A DNA stretch of 64,000 nt from Promethearchaeota archaeon (GCA_048937405.1 JBHLNF010000001.1:224001-288000); one strand, 5' to 3'. Counted from the first letter of the stretch, positions 30,655 to 42,235 are shown. Made by a program: numbers and translations. The notes: generated by a model not told the origin, from the letters alone.

Positions 30655-31293
30655 TTGAAGAAACTAATCTTATTTGGACCACCTGGTGCTGGCAAAGGAA
30701 CCTTTTCTGGGCAAATTAAGAAAATATTACCAGATATTGAGCATATAAGCACTGGTGATATTTTTAGAGAAAATTTAAAAAATAATACTCCTTTAGGTGT
30801 AAAAGCTAAAGAATATATGGATAAGGGAGAATTGGTTCCTGATAGTCTTACCAATGAAATTGTAAAGGATAGATTAGATAAGATCAAAGATAAATCATGG
30901 ATGTTGGATGGATACCCTCGAAATATGGGTCAAGTGGAGTTCTTAGAAACTATTGCTGAAATCGATTTGCTTTTATTGCTAGAAGTTTCCCGAGATATTA
31001 TCAAAAAAAGAATACTGGGCAGGTATGGGTGTAAAAACTGCGGAGAGATCTACAATAGGTACACTCTTCCCCCAAAAGTGGAAGGAAAGTGTGATAAATG
31101 TGGTGCTGAAATTAAATTCGAACAGCGAAGTGATGACAATGAAGAAACCTTAAAAAGTAGATTAGATACTTACGAGAAAAACGCAAAACCTATAATTAAA
31201 TATTATAAGAAAAAAGGAAAACTAAAGAAAGTGGATGCTAAAGATACATTAAAATATACTGAAGATGATATTAAACGTATATTAGAAATTTAG
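30655..31293 (+). CDS. adk: Adenylate kinase (bacterial/eukaryotic type with Zn LID)
   Basis: GPPGAGKGT, HISTGDIFR, LDGYPR, CKNC..CDKC and RSDD. Confidence 0.93.
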   Translation: MKKLILFGPPGAGKGTFSGQIKKILPDIEHISTGDIFRENLKNNTPLGVKAKEYMDKGELVPDSLTNEIVKDRLDKIKDKSWMLDGYPRNMGQVEFLETIAEIDLLLLLEVSRDIIKKRILGRYGCKNCGEIYNRYTLPPKVEGKCDKCGAEIKFEQRSDDNEETLKSRLDTYEKNAKPIIKYYKKKGKLKKVDAKDTLKYTEDDIKRILEI

Positions 31294-31330
31294 TATTTAA
31301 TTTTTTTATAATCCTTTTGATTTTTTCATT

Positions 31331-32071
31331 ATGAAATATCGTATTTGTATAGCAATTCGGGTTAAATCAGCTAGTTTAAGTGAAGTTAAACCGTTATTGG
31401 ATAAAGGAATAGAAAAAAAGCCTGATTTTATTGAATTACGATTTGATTATATTAACAATGTTCAATCTCTTTCATTAGATTTTATAAAAGATTTACTAAA
31501 CATTATTAATCTCAGAATTCCTCTTATTTTTACGTTCAGAGCTCCATCTGAAGGGGGTCAATCTAATATTTCTCAAGAAGAACACTTCAAAATCTTGAAA
31601 ATGTTTATCGAAGCTAAACCGGAATATATTGATATTGAAATGAACACTCAGGAAGATTATTTATATGAATTTATCAAATTGGCATCTCAAAATGGAGTAA
31701 ATATAATTTGTTCATACCATAATTTTGAAAAGACAAATAATCTTGTGGAAGCAATTGACCTTATTACAAATTTCAATGATAAGCTTGTTCAAAATCTACC
31801 TCTAAAAACAAAAATCAATTCAAAGATTATATATAAAACTATTTTTACTGCTCAAACCTTTAAAGATAATCTTATACCCTTGAAATTGTGTAAACACTTC
31901 GTAAATGCTCCAAACAAACTTATCTCGTTTTGTATGGGTGAAACTGGTATTTTTTCTCGTATCATGAGTGTCACAGTTGGTTCATTTTTCACATATGCGT
32001 CCATAGAAGAAAAAACAGCCCCTGGACAATTAAATATTGATATAATCCGAGAGATTTATAATCTATTCTAA
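31331..32071 (+). CDS. aroD: Type I 3-dehydroquinate dehydratase
   Basis: IELRFD, TFRAPSEGG, SYHNF, FCMGETG..SR and TAPGQ. Confidence 0.92.
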   Translation: MKYRICIAIRVKSASLSEVKPLLDKGIEKKPDFIELRFDYINNVQSLSLDFIKDLLNIINLRIPLIFTFRAPSEGGQSNISQEEHFKILKMFIEAKPEYIDIEMNTQEDYLYEFIKLASQNGVNIICSYHNFEKTNNLVEAIDLITNFNDKLVQNLPLKTKINSKIIYKTIFTAQTFKDNLIPLKLCKHFVNAPNKLISFCMGETGIFSRIMSVTVGSFFTYASIEEKTAPGQLNIDIIREIYNLF

Positions 32072-32084
32072 ATAAAAAAATACT

Positions 32085-35000
32085 TTAATTTTTAACAACT
32101 GGAAGAGAAAAATAGAAAGTAGAACCTTTATTTCTTCCTTCTGATTCAACCCAAATTTCTCCACCATGTAGATCGATCACTTTTTTAGTAATATATAAAC
32201 CTAAGCCAGAACCTTCCGTAATTATGTCAAATCCCTGACCGAAATGTTCGATTTTTCCAAATTGAGAAAAAAGTCTTTCTTTCTCTTTCTCGATGATCCC
32301 AATTCCATTATCATGTACAGCGATTGTTACAAAATCATCATTAACTTCAGAGCTAATCTCTATTGTTCCATTGAGTGGGGTATATTTAATTGCATTAGTT
32401 ATGAGATTATTAATTACATGGCGAATCTGATCTCTATCAAAATTAATATTAATATTACTATGTATGTTTAATATAATTGAATGTCCCCTTAACGCAGCAA
32501 AACTATTTAACTCTTTTACACTTAACTCAATTAAGGAGGATAAATTATTTTCAATTATATTTAATTCACTCCCACCAGAATCTAATTCCGCTTTATGCAA
32601 TATATCATATATAAGCGTCTCTAGACGTAAAACTCCTTTCTTTATATGTCTAATTATATTTAATTCTTCTTTATTAAAGTTATCTTTATACGTGTGTAGT
32701 AACAAATCAATATACCCTTTAATATGCATAGCTGGAGTTTTTAACTCATGAGATGTTCTTGTTAGTAGCTCAGATTTTATTTTACTCAACTTATTTAATT
32801 CTTCTCTTGCTTGTTTCCGTTCTGTAATATCTTGAATAATTGCTTGTATATACGTATCCTTACCTAATTGAATGAAATCGATATATGTACGTGCCCAAAA
32901 TTGACTGTTATCCTTTTTCTTTAATAATATTTCTCTAGATGCCGGAACAATACCTGTATTTATAGCTCTTTGACGTTGTTCTACCATTGCAGCTTGTATA
33001 TCTTCATAAAAATCAAACTCTTTAAAATTTCTTCCTAACATTTCAGATTTTTTATATCCAGAAATTTTGGAAGCTTCTTCATTACAATCTAAGATATCTC
33101 CTTCTATATTAAAGACCATTATGGCAAATGGAGCATTGTCAAATAAGTTTCGATATTTTTCTTCGGATTCTTTTAATTTTTTTTCTATTATCTTTCTCTC
33201 CGTAATATCGACAATTAAACCCTGAACACATTCCATCTTTTTATTTGGATCGAATACTTTTTGGGAATTTTCTAATACCCATCGTATATCACCATCTTTT
33301 CGGATAATCCGATATTCTCGAGTATCTGATTGTCTGTTAGATGAATGAAATTCTTTTATTTTTTCATTTATTCCTTGGATATCATCTGGATGGATAATTT
33401 GATTCCATTTAATTTTCTCTAAAATAAAATCATTAGGTTGATATCCCGTAATTTCTTCTATAGCACCATGGAAAAAATCAATAGAGAAATCAATATACCC
33501 TCGGAAAGCAATCCCCTGAAAATTATGAACAAAATTCCTATATCGCTCTTCTGAACTTATTAATCTTTGCTCGGCTTTTTTTCGTTGTGTAATATCAATA
33601 GCAGAGATCAAAGCAGCTCTATTTCCCTTATATTCAAGTAGTACCATGTTCCCATTAATCCACTTCTCAATACCACTTTTAGTAATGATTTTAATTTCAT
33701 TTACTAATTTAATGGGTTCATTTCTTTCTAATGCTACTCCTATACTAATGACAAAATTTCTATAATCAGGGTGGACAAAATCCCAAAATTTCATTGCATA
33801 AATCTCGTCAAGTGAGTATTCAGTTAAATTTAAAACCGCAGGATTTGCATAAATACATTCATAATTTTGGTATAAAAATGTTGCAACTGGTGTTGACTCT
33901 ACAAATGATTGGAACATATCTTCAGTTTCCTTTAATTTCTGTTCTGCTTCCATTTGTATTGTAAGATCTCGAACGACGTTTATCCATCCTATGCGTTTAC
34001 CCTGTTCATTCTCCAATAAAAGAACACTATGTTCAGAAGGAAAAACTGATCCGTCCTTTCTCTTCATCTTATATTTATAGTTCGTAAAAACCTCTCCACG
34101 TTTAATTTTAGGATATAATTCTTGTTGAAATTCTTTTAATGATTTTTTGTTGACATGTAAAAAACTCATCGGTTTTTTTAACATTTCTTCAGCTGAATAA
34201 CCGAATATCTTCTCTGCGGTTGAATTATATCTTAAAATTGTAGGTGGATTCTCAGTATTTAAAATGAAAACAGCATCATTTAATGCATTAAAAGTATTTT
34301 CTAATAATTGTTGACTTTCTCTTGCTGATTTGATTGCTAGTTTACGTGCTGATATATCATAAAAAATACCTAATTTTGAGATAGTCCCATCCAGATTATG
34401 TAATGGTGTAGAAATGATTTCATATACTTTATTTACCTTGGAGGAATAAAATTCTTGGCTTATTGCTTTCCCATTAAAAATTAATTTATTTTTACATTCA
34501 GGACAAGGATTAGATCGATTAAAAAAATACTCAAAACATTTTTTCCCATGAAGTGCTCCTAATTCTCTTTTTAGCATGTTATTAATGAATATAACATCAT
34601 ATTGAGGATTTACTATATAAATACCACTGCCAAGAGCATTTAAAACATTAAATAAATTTTTTTTTTCTTCTTTTAGTTTTATTTTAGTATCTCTTAATTT
34701 TTGTTCTGTGATCCTCCCTACCGAAATATCTTGAAAATAGATCAAATATTTGAAAATAGAATTATTCTCTTCATTTGATAAAAGTGTAATTAACATATTA
34801 ATGTATAATTTTCCTGATTTTGTAGTTTCAAAAATTTTTTGTTCTTTAATCAAATCAAAATTAAATAATACTTCATGACTAACTGTGGTTCTGTTTTTTA
34901 ATAGGTTTAGCTTTTCCTTAGGTATATTTAGGCTATTTAAAAGATTAAATCCTATGATATCAGTCTTATTTGATACACCAAACAATTCCATACATGAATA

Positions 35001-35120
35001 GTTTAAATCAACCAATTTTCCCTCTGAATCAGTAATTCCAATCCCTATTGGCGAATCATTATAAATAGATTTAAACAGCCTTTCTATACAAATGGCTTGA
35101 TTTTCCTCCATTTCAATCAA
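32085..35120 (-). CDS. Cytoplasmic multi-PAS sensor histidine kinase
   Basis: About six PAS/PAC repeats (DITERK), H-box SHELKTP, NAIKYT, DNGIG and GSGLGL. Confidence 0.93.
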   Translation of the reverse strand: MIEMEENQAICIERLFKSIYNDSPIGIGITDSEGKLVDLNYSCMELFGVSNKTDIIGFNLLNSLNIPKEKLNLLKNRTTVSHEVLFNFDLIKEQKIFETTKSGKLYINMLITLLSNEENNSIFKYLIYFQDISVGRITEQKLRDTKIKLKEEKKNLFNVLNALGSGIYIVNPQYDVIFINNMLKRELGALHGKKCFEYFFNRSNPCPECKNKLIFNGKAISQEFYSSKVNKVYEIISTPLHNLDGTISKLGIFYDISARKLAIKSARESQQLLENTFNALNDAVFILNTENPPTILRYNSTAEKIFGYSAEEMLKKPMSFLHVNKKSLKEFQQELYPKIKRGEVFTNYKYKMKRKDGSVFPSEHSVLLLENEQGKRIGWINVVRDLTIQMEAEQKLKETEDMFQSFVESTPVATFLYQNYECIYANPAVLNLTEYSLDEIYAMKFWDFVHPDYRNFVISIGVALERNEPIKLVNEIKIITKSGIEKWINGNMVLLEYKGNRAALISAIDITQRKKAEQRLISSEERYRNFVHNFQGIAFRGYIDFSIDFFHGAIEEITGYQPNDFILEKIKWNQIIHPDDIQGINEKIKEFHSSNRQSDTREYRIIRKDGDIRWVLENSQKVFDPNKKMECVQGLIVDITERKIIEKKLKESEEKYRNLFDNAPFAIMVFNIEGDILDCNEEASKISGYKKSEMLGRNFKEFDFYEDIQAAMVEQRQRAINTGIVPASREILLKKKDNSQFWARTYIDFIQLGKDTYIQAIIQDITERKQAREELNKLSKIKSELLTRTSHELKTPAMHIKGYIDLLLHTYKDNFNKEELNIIRHIKKGVLRLETLIYDILHKAELDSGGSELNIIENNLSSLIELSVKELNSFAALRGHSIILNIHSNININFDRDQIRHVINNLITNAIKYTPLNGTIEISSEVNDDFVTIAVHDNGIGIIEKEKERLFSQFGKIEHFGQGFDIITEGSGLGLYITKKVIDLHGGEIWVESEGRNKGSTFYFSLPVVKN

Positions 35121-35769
35121 ATTAAATACGCCCTTAAGTTTTTTTTAAAATTTTAATTGAGTAATATTTCTTATACCAATAAAACACAAAAAGAATAATA
35201 TTTAACACTTTGGTTTATGTTCTTCCTTTCTAAAACTAATTTAAAAATAACGTTAAAAATGTAAAAAAGAGAATTCAACTTCCAAACATTCAATTCATCT
35301 TGAAATATAATAAACTCTATCAAATATTACCCCATTAATATCACTTTCAATTTTTCATACTTTCAACATCAGATGTAAAGTTTAGCAAGCGGTACTATTT
35401 TGACGATAGTAAAAATATATTTTAGATTATTTAAACTAATTCTGGATCTACATTCGGTTTTAAAGTTATAATTTTAAAAATATTAGAAGTTAATTATGTA
35501 CCTTCCACTGGTGAGAATTATAAATAACAATTTAATTAAGGTCTTAATCTAAAATAATGGTATCTATTAATTTGTGGTAAAAAAAATATAGTGACATAAT
35601 TTTAAATATAACTTTTATCATTTATTTTGTTGTAAAAGAATTGAATAAAGTATAATTAACTTTTATTATTTATCAAGAATGGTAAAATATAGAACGCTTA
35701 ACTAATAAAATTTAGAAATCTTATAAATTCTTAACGATTTCAGAAAAATCTTAAAAAATATAAAAAGAA

Positions 35770-35979
35770 ATGAGGGTGCAATTCAAAAAAATGGTTAATT
35801 TCATAAAAATGTTTATAGATTTTGATAAAAATTATAAGAAGATCTATTTTAATTATTATATAGAGGATAATCACTTTGTTTTAAAAGTTCCATTGGAAAA
35901 ATTAAATGAATTAGATAAAGCCATACTAATTGAAGATTTCGATTTATCGAAATATACATATTTAATTGATGTAGAATAA
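35770..35979 (+). CDS. Small hypothetical protein
   Basis: 69-aa ORF; no motif recognised. Confidence 0.35.
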   Translation: MRVQFKKMVNFIKMFIDFDKNYKKIYFNYYIEDNHFVLKVPLEKLNELDKAILIEDFDLSKYTYLIDVE

Positions 35980-36274
35980 AATTACTGAAATAATTCCACG
36001 CGAATACAATTAAAAGATTTTAATTATATCTTATTAATTCTACAATATTTTATTTTAAAGAGTTAAAAATTCAAACCAAAATGGTTATTTTAGAGTTACT
36101 TTATAAATCTATTACCTCTATTTTTAATAAACACTTCAAAACTATCATGAAATAAATTTAAGAGATGTATGTGTCAATCTCAATTTTAAATGGGATAAAA
36201 TGAATTTAACAAAGAAAGGCCCAAAAAAATTTATCAGAAATAATATAAGGACAAAAATGGAATATTTGAAATCA

Positions 36275-36493
36275 TTAAGAACTTGTTTCACTTCTAATAT
36301 ATTTTATGAGTTTTTCTAAAATTTTTTTTCTGTCTCTTCTGCATTCAATGCAAATATAAAACTCTTTATTAAGTAAAGGAGGTGCATCAGCAAAATTTCC
36401 AATTGAAAAAGAACTTATCGAAGTACCAAATAATAGCTTGTAACTTCTAACGAGTATATTTTTTTTACCACAAATATCACATTCTCCTGACAT
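36275..36493 (-). CDS. Small zinc-finger protein
   Basis: CDIC...CIEC; start taken at MSGEC. Confidence 0.6.
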   Translation of the reverse strand: MSGECDICGKKNILVRSYKLLFGTSISSFSIGNFADAPPLLNKEFYICIECRRDRKKILEKLIKYIRSETSS

Positions 36494-36893
36494 ATCGTAA
36501 TACATATTCATAAGTAACAAGAGAATTCCTTCTAAAAGTATTATTGAAAATTACTATATTACGTCTGAGTGATACGTATAGTTAATTCCCAATCAGATAT
36601 CAAAATTTTTCAAATTAAAAATGAGAAATGAAATTGACCTAATCTCTTTTCTGGTTCAATAAATGAAATAAAATTTAGTTTCATCAGATTGATTTTCCGT
36701 TCTTTGAGAACATAAATCAATAAATTAAGATATTCAAATAAAAATGAGTTAATATTAAATTATAGTTAAAAAAGGTGGTAAGTCAACCTAAAAAATTAGA
36801 CTTACACTATTTGCTTATATAGTTATTAAGTTTCAATAATAATTATAGAATTAAAGGGGAAAAAATATAACTAATGATAAGAAATTATTTCAG

Positions 36894-37469
36894 TTGTTTT
36901 TAAAAATATCTTCAAAAAAGGGTTCAAAATACGCAAATGAAGTAAATAATAAACGTAAAAATGGAGAAATTATTGAAAAATTCGAAAATTCTTTAGATAT
37001 TTTATATTCTATGTTATTGAATATTGTTCAATTAAAATCAGGGGCGAGAATAGGAATGACAGTATCTCTTAATATAACTCGAGATACCTCCAGATTATTT
37101 ACTGATAGAATCAATAAATTACACAGTATTATTGATGAATATAAAGAAGTGTTAATTGAAAAAATTATTGAGAAAATTGGAAAGTTCTTTGATATTATTG
37201 CTCCAACAGGACTTTTAAATCCAGAAGATTTTTTAAAATCAGATATTGCTTTAAATATATTAAAAGAATTTATTAATAAATATAATAGAGCTTCGAGTTG
37301 TTTTACTCATATTCCTTTTAATATAAAAAAATTAACTGATCTCTTAATCTTTGAAGGTGATTTCAAGAATTCAGAGATAATAAAAGATCAGAAATTCTTT
37401 GAGGCATTCTTGAAATTGTTGATTTTAATTTCGAGACCTCGCAAAGGCGTCTATGATATCTTTTCCTAA
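36894..37469 (+). CDS. Hypothetical protein
   Basis: 191-aa ORF; no family recognised and the start is uncertain. Confidence 0.45.
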   Translation: MFLKISSKKGSKYANEVNNKRKNGEIIEKFENSLDILYSMLLNIVQLKSGARIGMTVSLNITRDTSRLFTDRINKLHSIIDEYKEVLIEKIIEKIGKFFDIIAPTGLLNPEDFLKSDIALNILKEFINKYNRASSCFTHIPFNIKKLTDLLIFEGDFKNSEIIKDQKFFEAFLKLLILISRPRKGVYDIFS

Positions 37470-37753
37470 GTTTTTTACTTTGTAAAGAAATTTAGTACAC
37501 TTCACAAAAATTTCTAGTAAAGAGAGGAAATTGTGTAATAAAATAGGTTTCCTTTAATCTAATCTTGAAGAGCACTATTTTATAAATTATAATTGAGAGA
37601 CATTAATATTTTAATCATTTGAATTGACTTTTTATTCTGAAATATTGAAGGGATATTTAATAGATTTTGAATACCCCTAGAATATTAACCAAACTTATAC
37701 AAATAGCTATTCCCTTAAGAATTATATTAATTAAAAATTAAAGGAGATTAAAC

Positions 37754-37912
37754 ATCAGTGAGAATGAAAAAAACACTTTATATGCACAAACCTCTCATGA
37801 TCCAGAACGACAACATTCACCCTTAGTATTATCACCCTTAATATTAGAATTCGTATTACAAAACTATGTCTGTGAAAGTTTTGTTAATTTTTCAGATTAT
37901 CTAAATAAGTAA
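37754..37912 (+). CDS. Possible small ORF or gene remnant with ATC start
   Basis: AAGGAG SD, then ATC AGT GAG...; 52 aa (M)SENEKNTLYAQTSHDPERQHSPL...YLNK*. Confidence 0.3.
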   Translation: MSENEKNTLYAQTSHDPERQHSPLVLSPLILEFVLQNYVCESFVNFSDYLNK

Positions 37913-38039
37913 AAAATAATAATAATTTCATTTCACTCCCAATAAGGTATCAAATTATTAAGTAATGACAGTAAAAAACATTATAATGTAACAATAATTT
38001 GAAATATTAATAGCTTGAATTATTTATACTACCAAGATT

Positions 38040-38411
38040 ATGCCCTGTATTCATGGATTAGATGAGAATAATTGCCCGATTTGCCTAGTTTTAAAATCCA
38101 CAATACCACTAAAGAGAATTAATATAAAAACACAATTATTTCCAACTATTCATAATACTCTTTATAGGAAAAAAAAAAATCTTGAAAAAAAAATAATAGA
38201 TGAAATAGACTTAAAAAAAAAAAACCCTTATCCTCCGAATCTTATATCAAAAACCCATTTTATCAATAACGTCCCTAATTTTAGAAATAAATTATTCATA
38301 GAAAGAACTGAAGAATTGGATATTTCTAAAGTAGATATTTATGGAATCAGCAAAATTCTTCCTCTTGAGAGACCTGAATGGAAATTTGAGAAAGAAGACG
38401 GAAATCTCTAA
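38040..38411 (+). CDS. Hypothetical protein with N-terminal CxHx6CxxC Zn-binding motif
   Basis: MPCIHGLDENNCPIC. Confidence 0.65.
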   Translation: MPCIHGLDENNCPICLVLKSTIPLKRINIKTQLFPTIHNTLYRKKKNLEKKIIDEIDLKKKNPYPPNLISKTHFINNVPNFRNKLFIERTEELDISKVDIYGISKILPLERPEWKFEKEDGNL

Positions 38412-38546
38412 TAATTTTTGTAGTTTCTTCTTATTTTATTGCAATTTATTCCACTATTTTAATAAAATAAAGAATCTAAATGACTAGATTAATAAACAAT
38501 AAGTAAAAAATACAATATTCAAAATCTAAGGCTTATTTTATATAAA

Positions 38547-40286
38547 TTATAGAAATCTCTCAAGACTATTAGATGGTTTATCCCTCAGAAATTTTTTTAT
38601 ATAAATATTGAAATCTTGTTCATTGAATTTGTAGTCAAAAGCAGTAGATAATTCTTGATTGTAGAGATTTAATATTGATTTAAATTTTAATTTAGAAAGT
38701 AGATTAACGAAATTTACTCTTTGCAAAATTCTCTTCGTAAATGGTCTCTTTGAATCTATAAAAGCAATAGAAAGTAAAAATTTCTTTATTTTTGTCGTAT
38801 TAAATATTAGCCAAGTAAAAAAAACATCATTAAGATTATCAAAACTTAATTGATAGCTTGTATCATCCAATATTATTGGCTTTTCGTCTATAGGTAAAAT
38901 CAAAGAAAAAATTGGATCTTTATAAAATCCTGCTATTCCAATTTTATATGGTTTAAATGTATAACCTCCTATTCCAAACATTGAAAATTTAGGTTTACCA
39001 TCGTAGATTTTAGATTTACGTGAATCTAATTCCTCTTCATATTTTTTCAAATATTCCCAAGTTCTAGGATATTTCGTTTCTATTAATCTTGTATCCTCAT
39101 TAAGATTTTTTTGAGTAATTATAATCTTTTTATTTGTATTATCTACAACTAAATCTCTTAACTCAGATCCTTTAACAAAGGGGTATAACAAATTATCTTC
39201 AATTATAACTTCCTTATTGTAACCATTCTGTAAAATATTCTCTCCTACCAAATCTAAAATGAAGATCTTATTCGCATCATGTTTAACGCCTTGTCTCCAT
39301 TCTAATGGAGATTTTCCATCGATATAATTATAATTTTTATAATCATCCAAATTTGATATAAAATTATTAATATACCATCCAAATGATTTAATTTTCTCAC
39401 TTGGTCTATAAATTGAATAAACCTCAGAATACTCTTCATGTTCCCCTCCAAAATTAGCAATAAATAAAGAAGCATCAGCAGAAACGTTAAATTCTTTTTT
39501 TGAATCAATTACCAAAGATTTCATTTTTGAAAGACTAAGTTCGAGGTTATGTATATCTCTTACAATATTCTTAGATACTACAGTCTTACATAATTGAGCA
39601 ATTATACCTGATCGAAAGGAGAACTGTTTAATAAGTGCTACAATAATATATTCAGCAATGTCAAAGTTTGAACTTCCTGTTATAGCTTCCAATCCATTAA
39701 TCTTCTTGATATTATATTTTTCAGGTAAATTCCATGAAGAAAGTTTCGATAATTCTGTATTTGTTATCCAAGGAGGATTACCGATAATTAAGAACTGTTT
39801 ATCACATTCCTTAAGGATTTCCAAAAAAGAAGTTGAGTATTTATGATCAAAAATGTTATCTCTATGGAATTCAATTGTGCAATTTATGTCATTTTCTAAG
39901 GAATAATTGTAAAGATTTAATTTAAAAAACCATTCATATTTAGGCTGAACATCTACACAATAAACATATTTTAAGGATGGAAAATATTTCAATGCTGAGA
40001 TAACAAAATTTCCCTCACCACAAGTCGGTTCCAATAAAATTTCCGGATTTATGTTATTATTTCGCAGATATTTACATATTTTATCACATAAAGCTATCGG
40101 TGTTTGGAAATCACCGTAATCTATGACTCTTGGTTTTTCTTTTGAAAATTCTTTAATAAATTTAGTGAAATTTTCTAGAGATTTCTGATTTTCAAAGAAA
40201 TTTAATATTCGTGTTTTATTTGTTAAGTAATTGTTCAAATCTTCAATTTCTTTATGTTTTCTAATTGTTGTGGTAATATCATTCAT
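38547..40286 (-). CDS. Amino-type (N6-adenine-like, gamma class) DNA methyltransferase, no adjacent endonuclease recognised
   Basis: Motif X GDFQTP, motif I LEPTCGEGNF, motif IV GNPPW and a C-terminal TRD-like region. Confidence 0.88.
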   Translation of the reverse strand: MNDITTTIRKHKEIEDLNNYLTNKTRILNFFENQKSLENFTKFIKEFSKEKPRVIDYGDFQTPIALCDKICKYLRNNNINPEILLEPTCGEGNFVISALKYFPSLKYVYCVDVQPKYEWFFKLNLYNYSLENDINCTIEFHRDNIFDHKYSTSFLEILKECDKQFLIIGNPPWITNTELSKLSSWNLPEKYNIKKINGLEAITGSSNFDIAEYIIVALIKQFSFRSGIIAQLCKTVVSKNIVRDIHNLELSLSKMKSLVIDSKKEFNVSADASLFIANFGGEHEEYSEVYSIYRPSEKIKSFGWYINNFISNLDDYKNYNYIDGKSPLEWRQGVKHDANKIFILDLVGENILQNGYNKEVIIEDNLLYPFVKGSELRDLVVDNTNKKIIITQKNLNEDTRLIETKYPRTWEYLKKYEEELDSRKSKIYDGKPKFSMFGIGGYTFKPYKIGIAGFYKDPIFSLILPIDEKPIILDDTSYQLSFDNLNDVFFTWLIFNTTKIKKFLLSIAFIDSKRPFTKRILQRVNFVNLLSKLKFKSILNLYNQELSTAFDYKFNEQDFNIYIKKFLRDKPSNSLERFL

Positions 40287-40358
40287 GAAGGTATTAACCT
40301 AAAATTTCAATTAAAATTTTGTTTTATTTATTTTATATATGATATTATACATAGGAAT

Positions 40359-41528
40359 ATGAAGATTCTTAATATCGTGTTTAAAATTATATGGTATACT
40401 TCAATAATATTAATTTTTATTGAATTGATAATTGGGGCAATTTCAATAAGTTTTATAATATTTAAAATACAAACCACTTTAATTTTTAGGTTAAATCCTA
40501 TCATAATTCCAATAATCTGTATTTTATTTTTATTTCTTATTTTTTTCTATCCAACATTCTATAAAAATAAAAAAAATCCAAAATTTACATTTATCTCTAG
40601 ATATGAGATGATTAAAGGTACTAATTTTTACTCTCAAATTGGAATAGATTTACTTTTCGGAAGTCTCTTTGTTTTTTTGATATTATTCACCCTTTATTCT
40701 TTGATCTTTTATGGTATTTTAGATTTTGAATTAGGAATCGTAAGATTTGCTGGTTTTTGGTCATTTGTTATTTTTTTTGACATAACAATAATTAGTATAA
40801 AGTATTACAAATTATATTTGAAATTTTTTAGTTCCTTTGTGTTATTTAGTTCGATATTTGCTATTATAGTAGTTCCAATGTTGATCTTTATCGGGATTCC
40901 ATTTGTTATTTTCTATTTTTATGATGTGTCTTGGTATTTTGCTGACCCTACAATTTTAGTAAACGATCTCATATTTTCACGTGTTACAAATTTAAGAACG
41001 ATCTGGCTAAGTGCTTATTTAGAATGCTCGTTTATTTACTCTGAAGCATTTTTAATAATTAAAGCGATTATATTTCTTACCGGATTGACTTTATTTACAA
41101 TTTCAATAGTCCAATTAATCTATTGGCTTAAAAAGGAAAAAAATTTAGTACAACAGGGTATTTATAAATATATTCGGCATCCACAAAATTTTGCAATAAT
41201 AATTATGACTTTTCCGCTTTTTATTTTATATGATGTCAGAATAGGAAACATTGTAACTTGGATACAATTCGTCTTTCTTATGATTCTCTACTCTGATTTT
41301 GGGGATCTTAGATTAAACAAGAAATATCCTGATGAATTTCAAAATTATTATTCAAATACAGGATTTTTCCTTCCAAAAGTTATTTCAATAAAGGCTCTAA
41401 AGCCCCTCTCTATCTTTAAAAATAAAAAATTACGATATATTATTCTAGTTCTCATTTATGTTTTCACAATTATCATTTTGTATGTATTTTACTTAATTTT
41501 TCCATTTAATATTGCTATTAGTTATTAA
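40359..41528 (+). CDS. Multi-pass membrane protein with C-terminal ICMT/PEMT-type methyltransferase domain
   Basis: LVQQGIYKYIRHPQN and YPDEFQNY..TGFFLP; start taken at MKILN. Confidence 0.75.
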   Translation: MKILNIVFKIIWYTSIILIFIELIIGAISISFIIFKIQTTLIFRLNPIIIPIICILFLFLIFFYPTFYKNKKNPKFTFISRYEMIKGTNFYSQIGIDLLFGSLFVFLILFTLYSLIFYGILDFELGIVRFAGFWSFVIFFDITIISIKYYKLYLKFFSSFVLFSSIFAIIVVPMLIFIGIPFVIFYFYDVSWYFADPTILVNDLIFSRVTNLRTIWLSAYLECSFIYSEAFLIIKAIIFLTGLTLFTISIVQLIYWLKKEKNLVQQGIYKYIRHPQNFAIIIMTFPLFILYDVRIGNIVTWIQFVFLMILYSDFGDLRLNKKYPDEFQNYYSNTGFFLPKVISIKALKPLSIFKNKKLRYIILVLIYVFTIIILYVFYLIFPFNIAISY

Positions 41529-41575
41529 GAATAAAACTAAAAAGATTAAAAAAAGGAGATTTGTTAGTTAATTAT

Positions 41576-42235
41576 ATGGTAGTCTATTTTGCGTTTTTAT
41601 TTCATATTTATCAACCCCCTGTGCAAATCCCAATAGTCATAAAACAAATCGTAAATGAATCATATAAACCGATAATGGAGGCGTTAAGAGATCATCCAGA
41701 AGCAAAAATCACACTCACCATTAATGCCACTTTAACTGAGCAATTGCATGATTTTGGGTATGTTGATTTAATTGGATTGATAACTACCCTTGCCTCAAGG
41801 GGGCAAATTGAATTCACAGGCTCAGGAAAGTTTCACCCTCTCCTTCCATTAATTCCTGAACCCGAAATTCTAAGACAAATACAACTCAATAATGAAACAA
41901 ATGAGCATTTTTTTGGGAAATTGTATAAACCTCGAGGCTTTTTTCCTCCCGAGATGGCAGTCTCAGACGAAGTGTTTAAAAGTGTTAAGAAGACAGGATT
42001 TGATTGGATGATCATGAGCGGTATCGCGAATACGTTGCCAGAATTTCCTATCAATCATATCTCGGTACATCCGAATAGGTTGAGAGTTCTTTTTAGGGAC
42101 GATTACACATCAATTGATTGTGCCTTTGACAAGATCAATAATATTGATGCGTTTACAGGCAGGTTAAAATATACGAATACTCCAGACGACACATATGTTT
42201 TTTTGGCAATGGCCGGTGAAATTTTGTCTATTTAA
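41576..42235 (+). pseudogene. 5' fragment of a GH57 glycoside hydrolase
   Basis: Closely matches about aa 1-215 of 45636-46838, then diverges (MAGEILSI* instead of LDGETFGHH). Confidence 0.85.

Noticed and set aside
37754-37912. Remnant of a Cas3 HD-like N-terminus
   Set aside because: Only a vague LYAxT resemblance; no HD motif and no CRISPR context.
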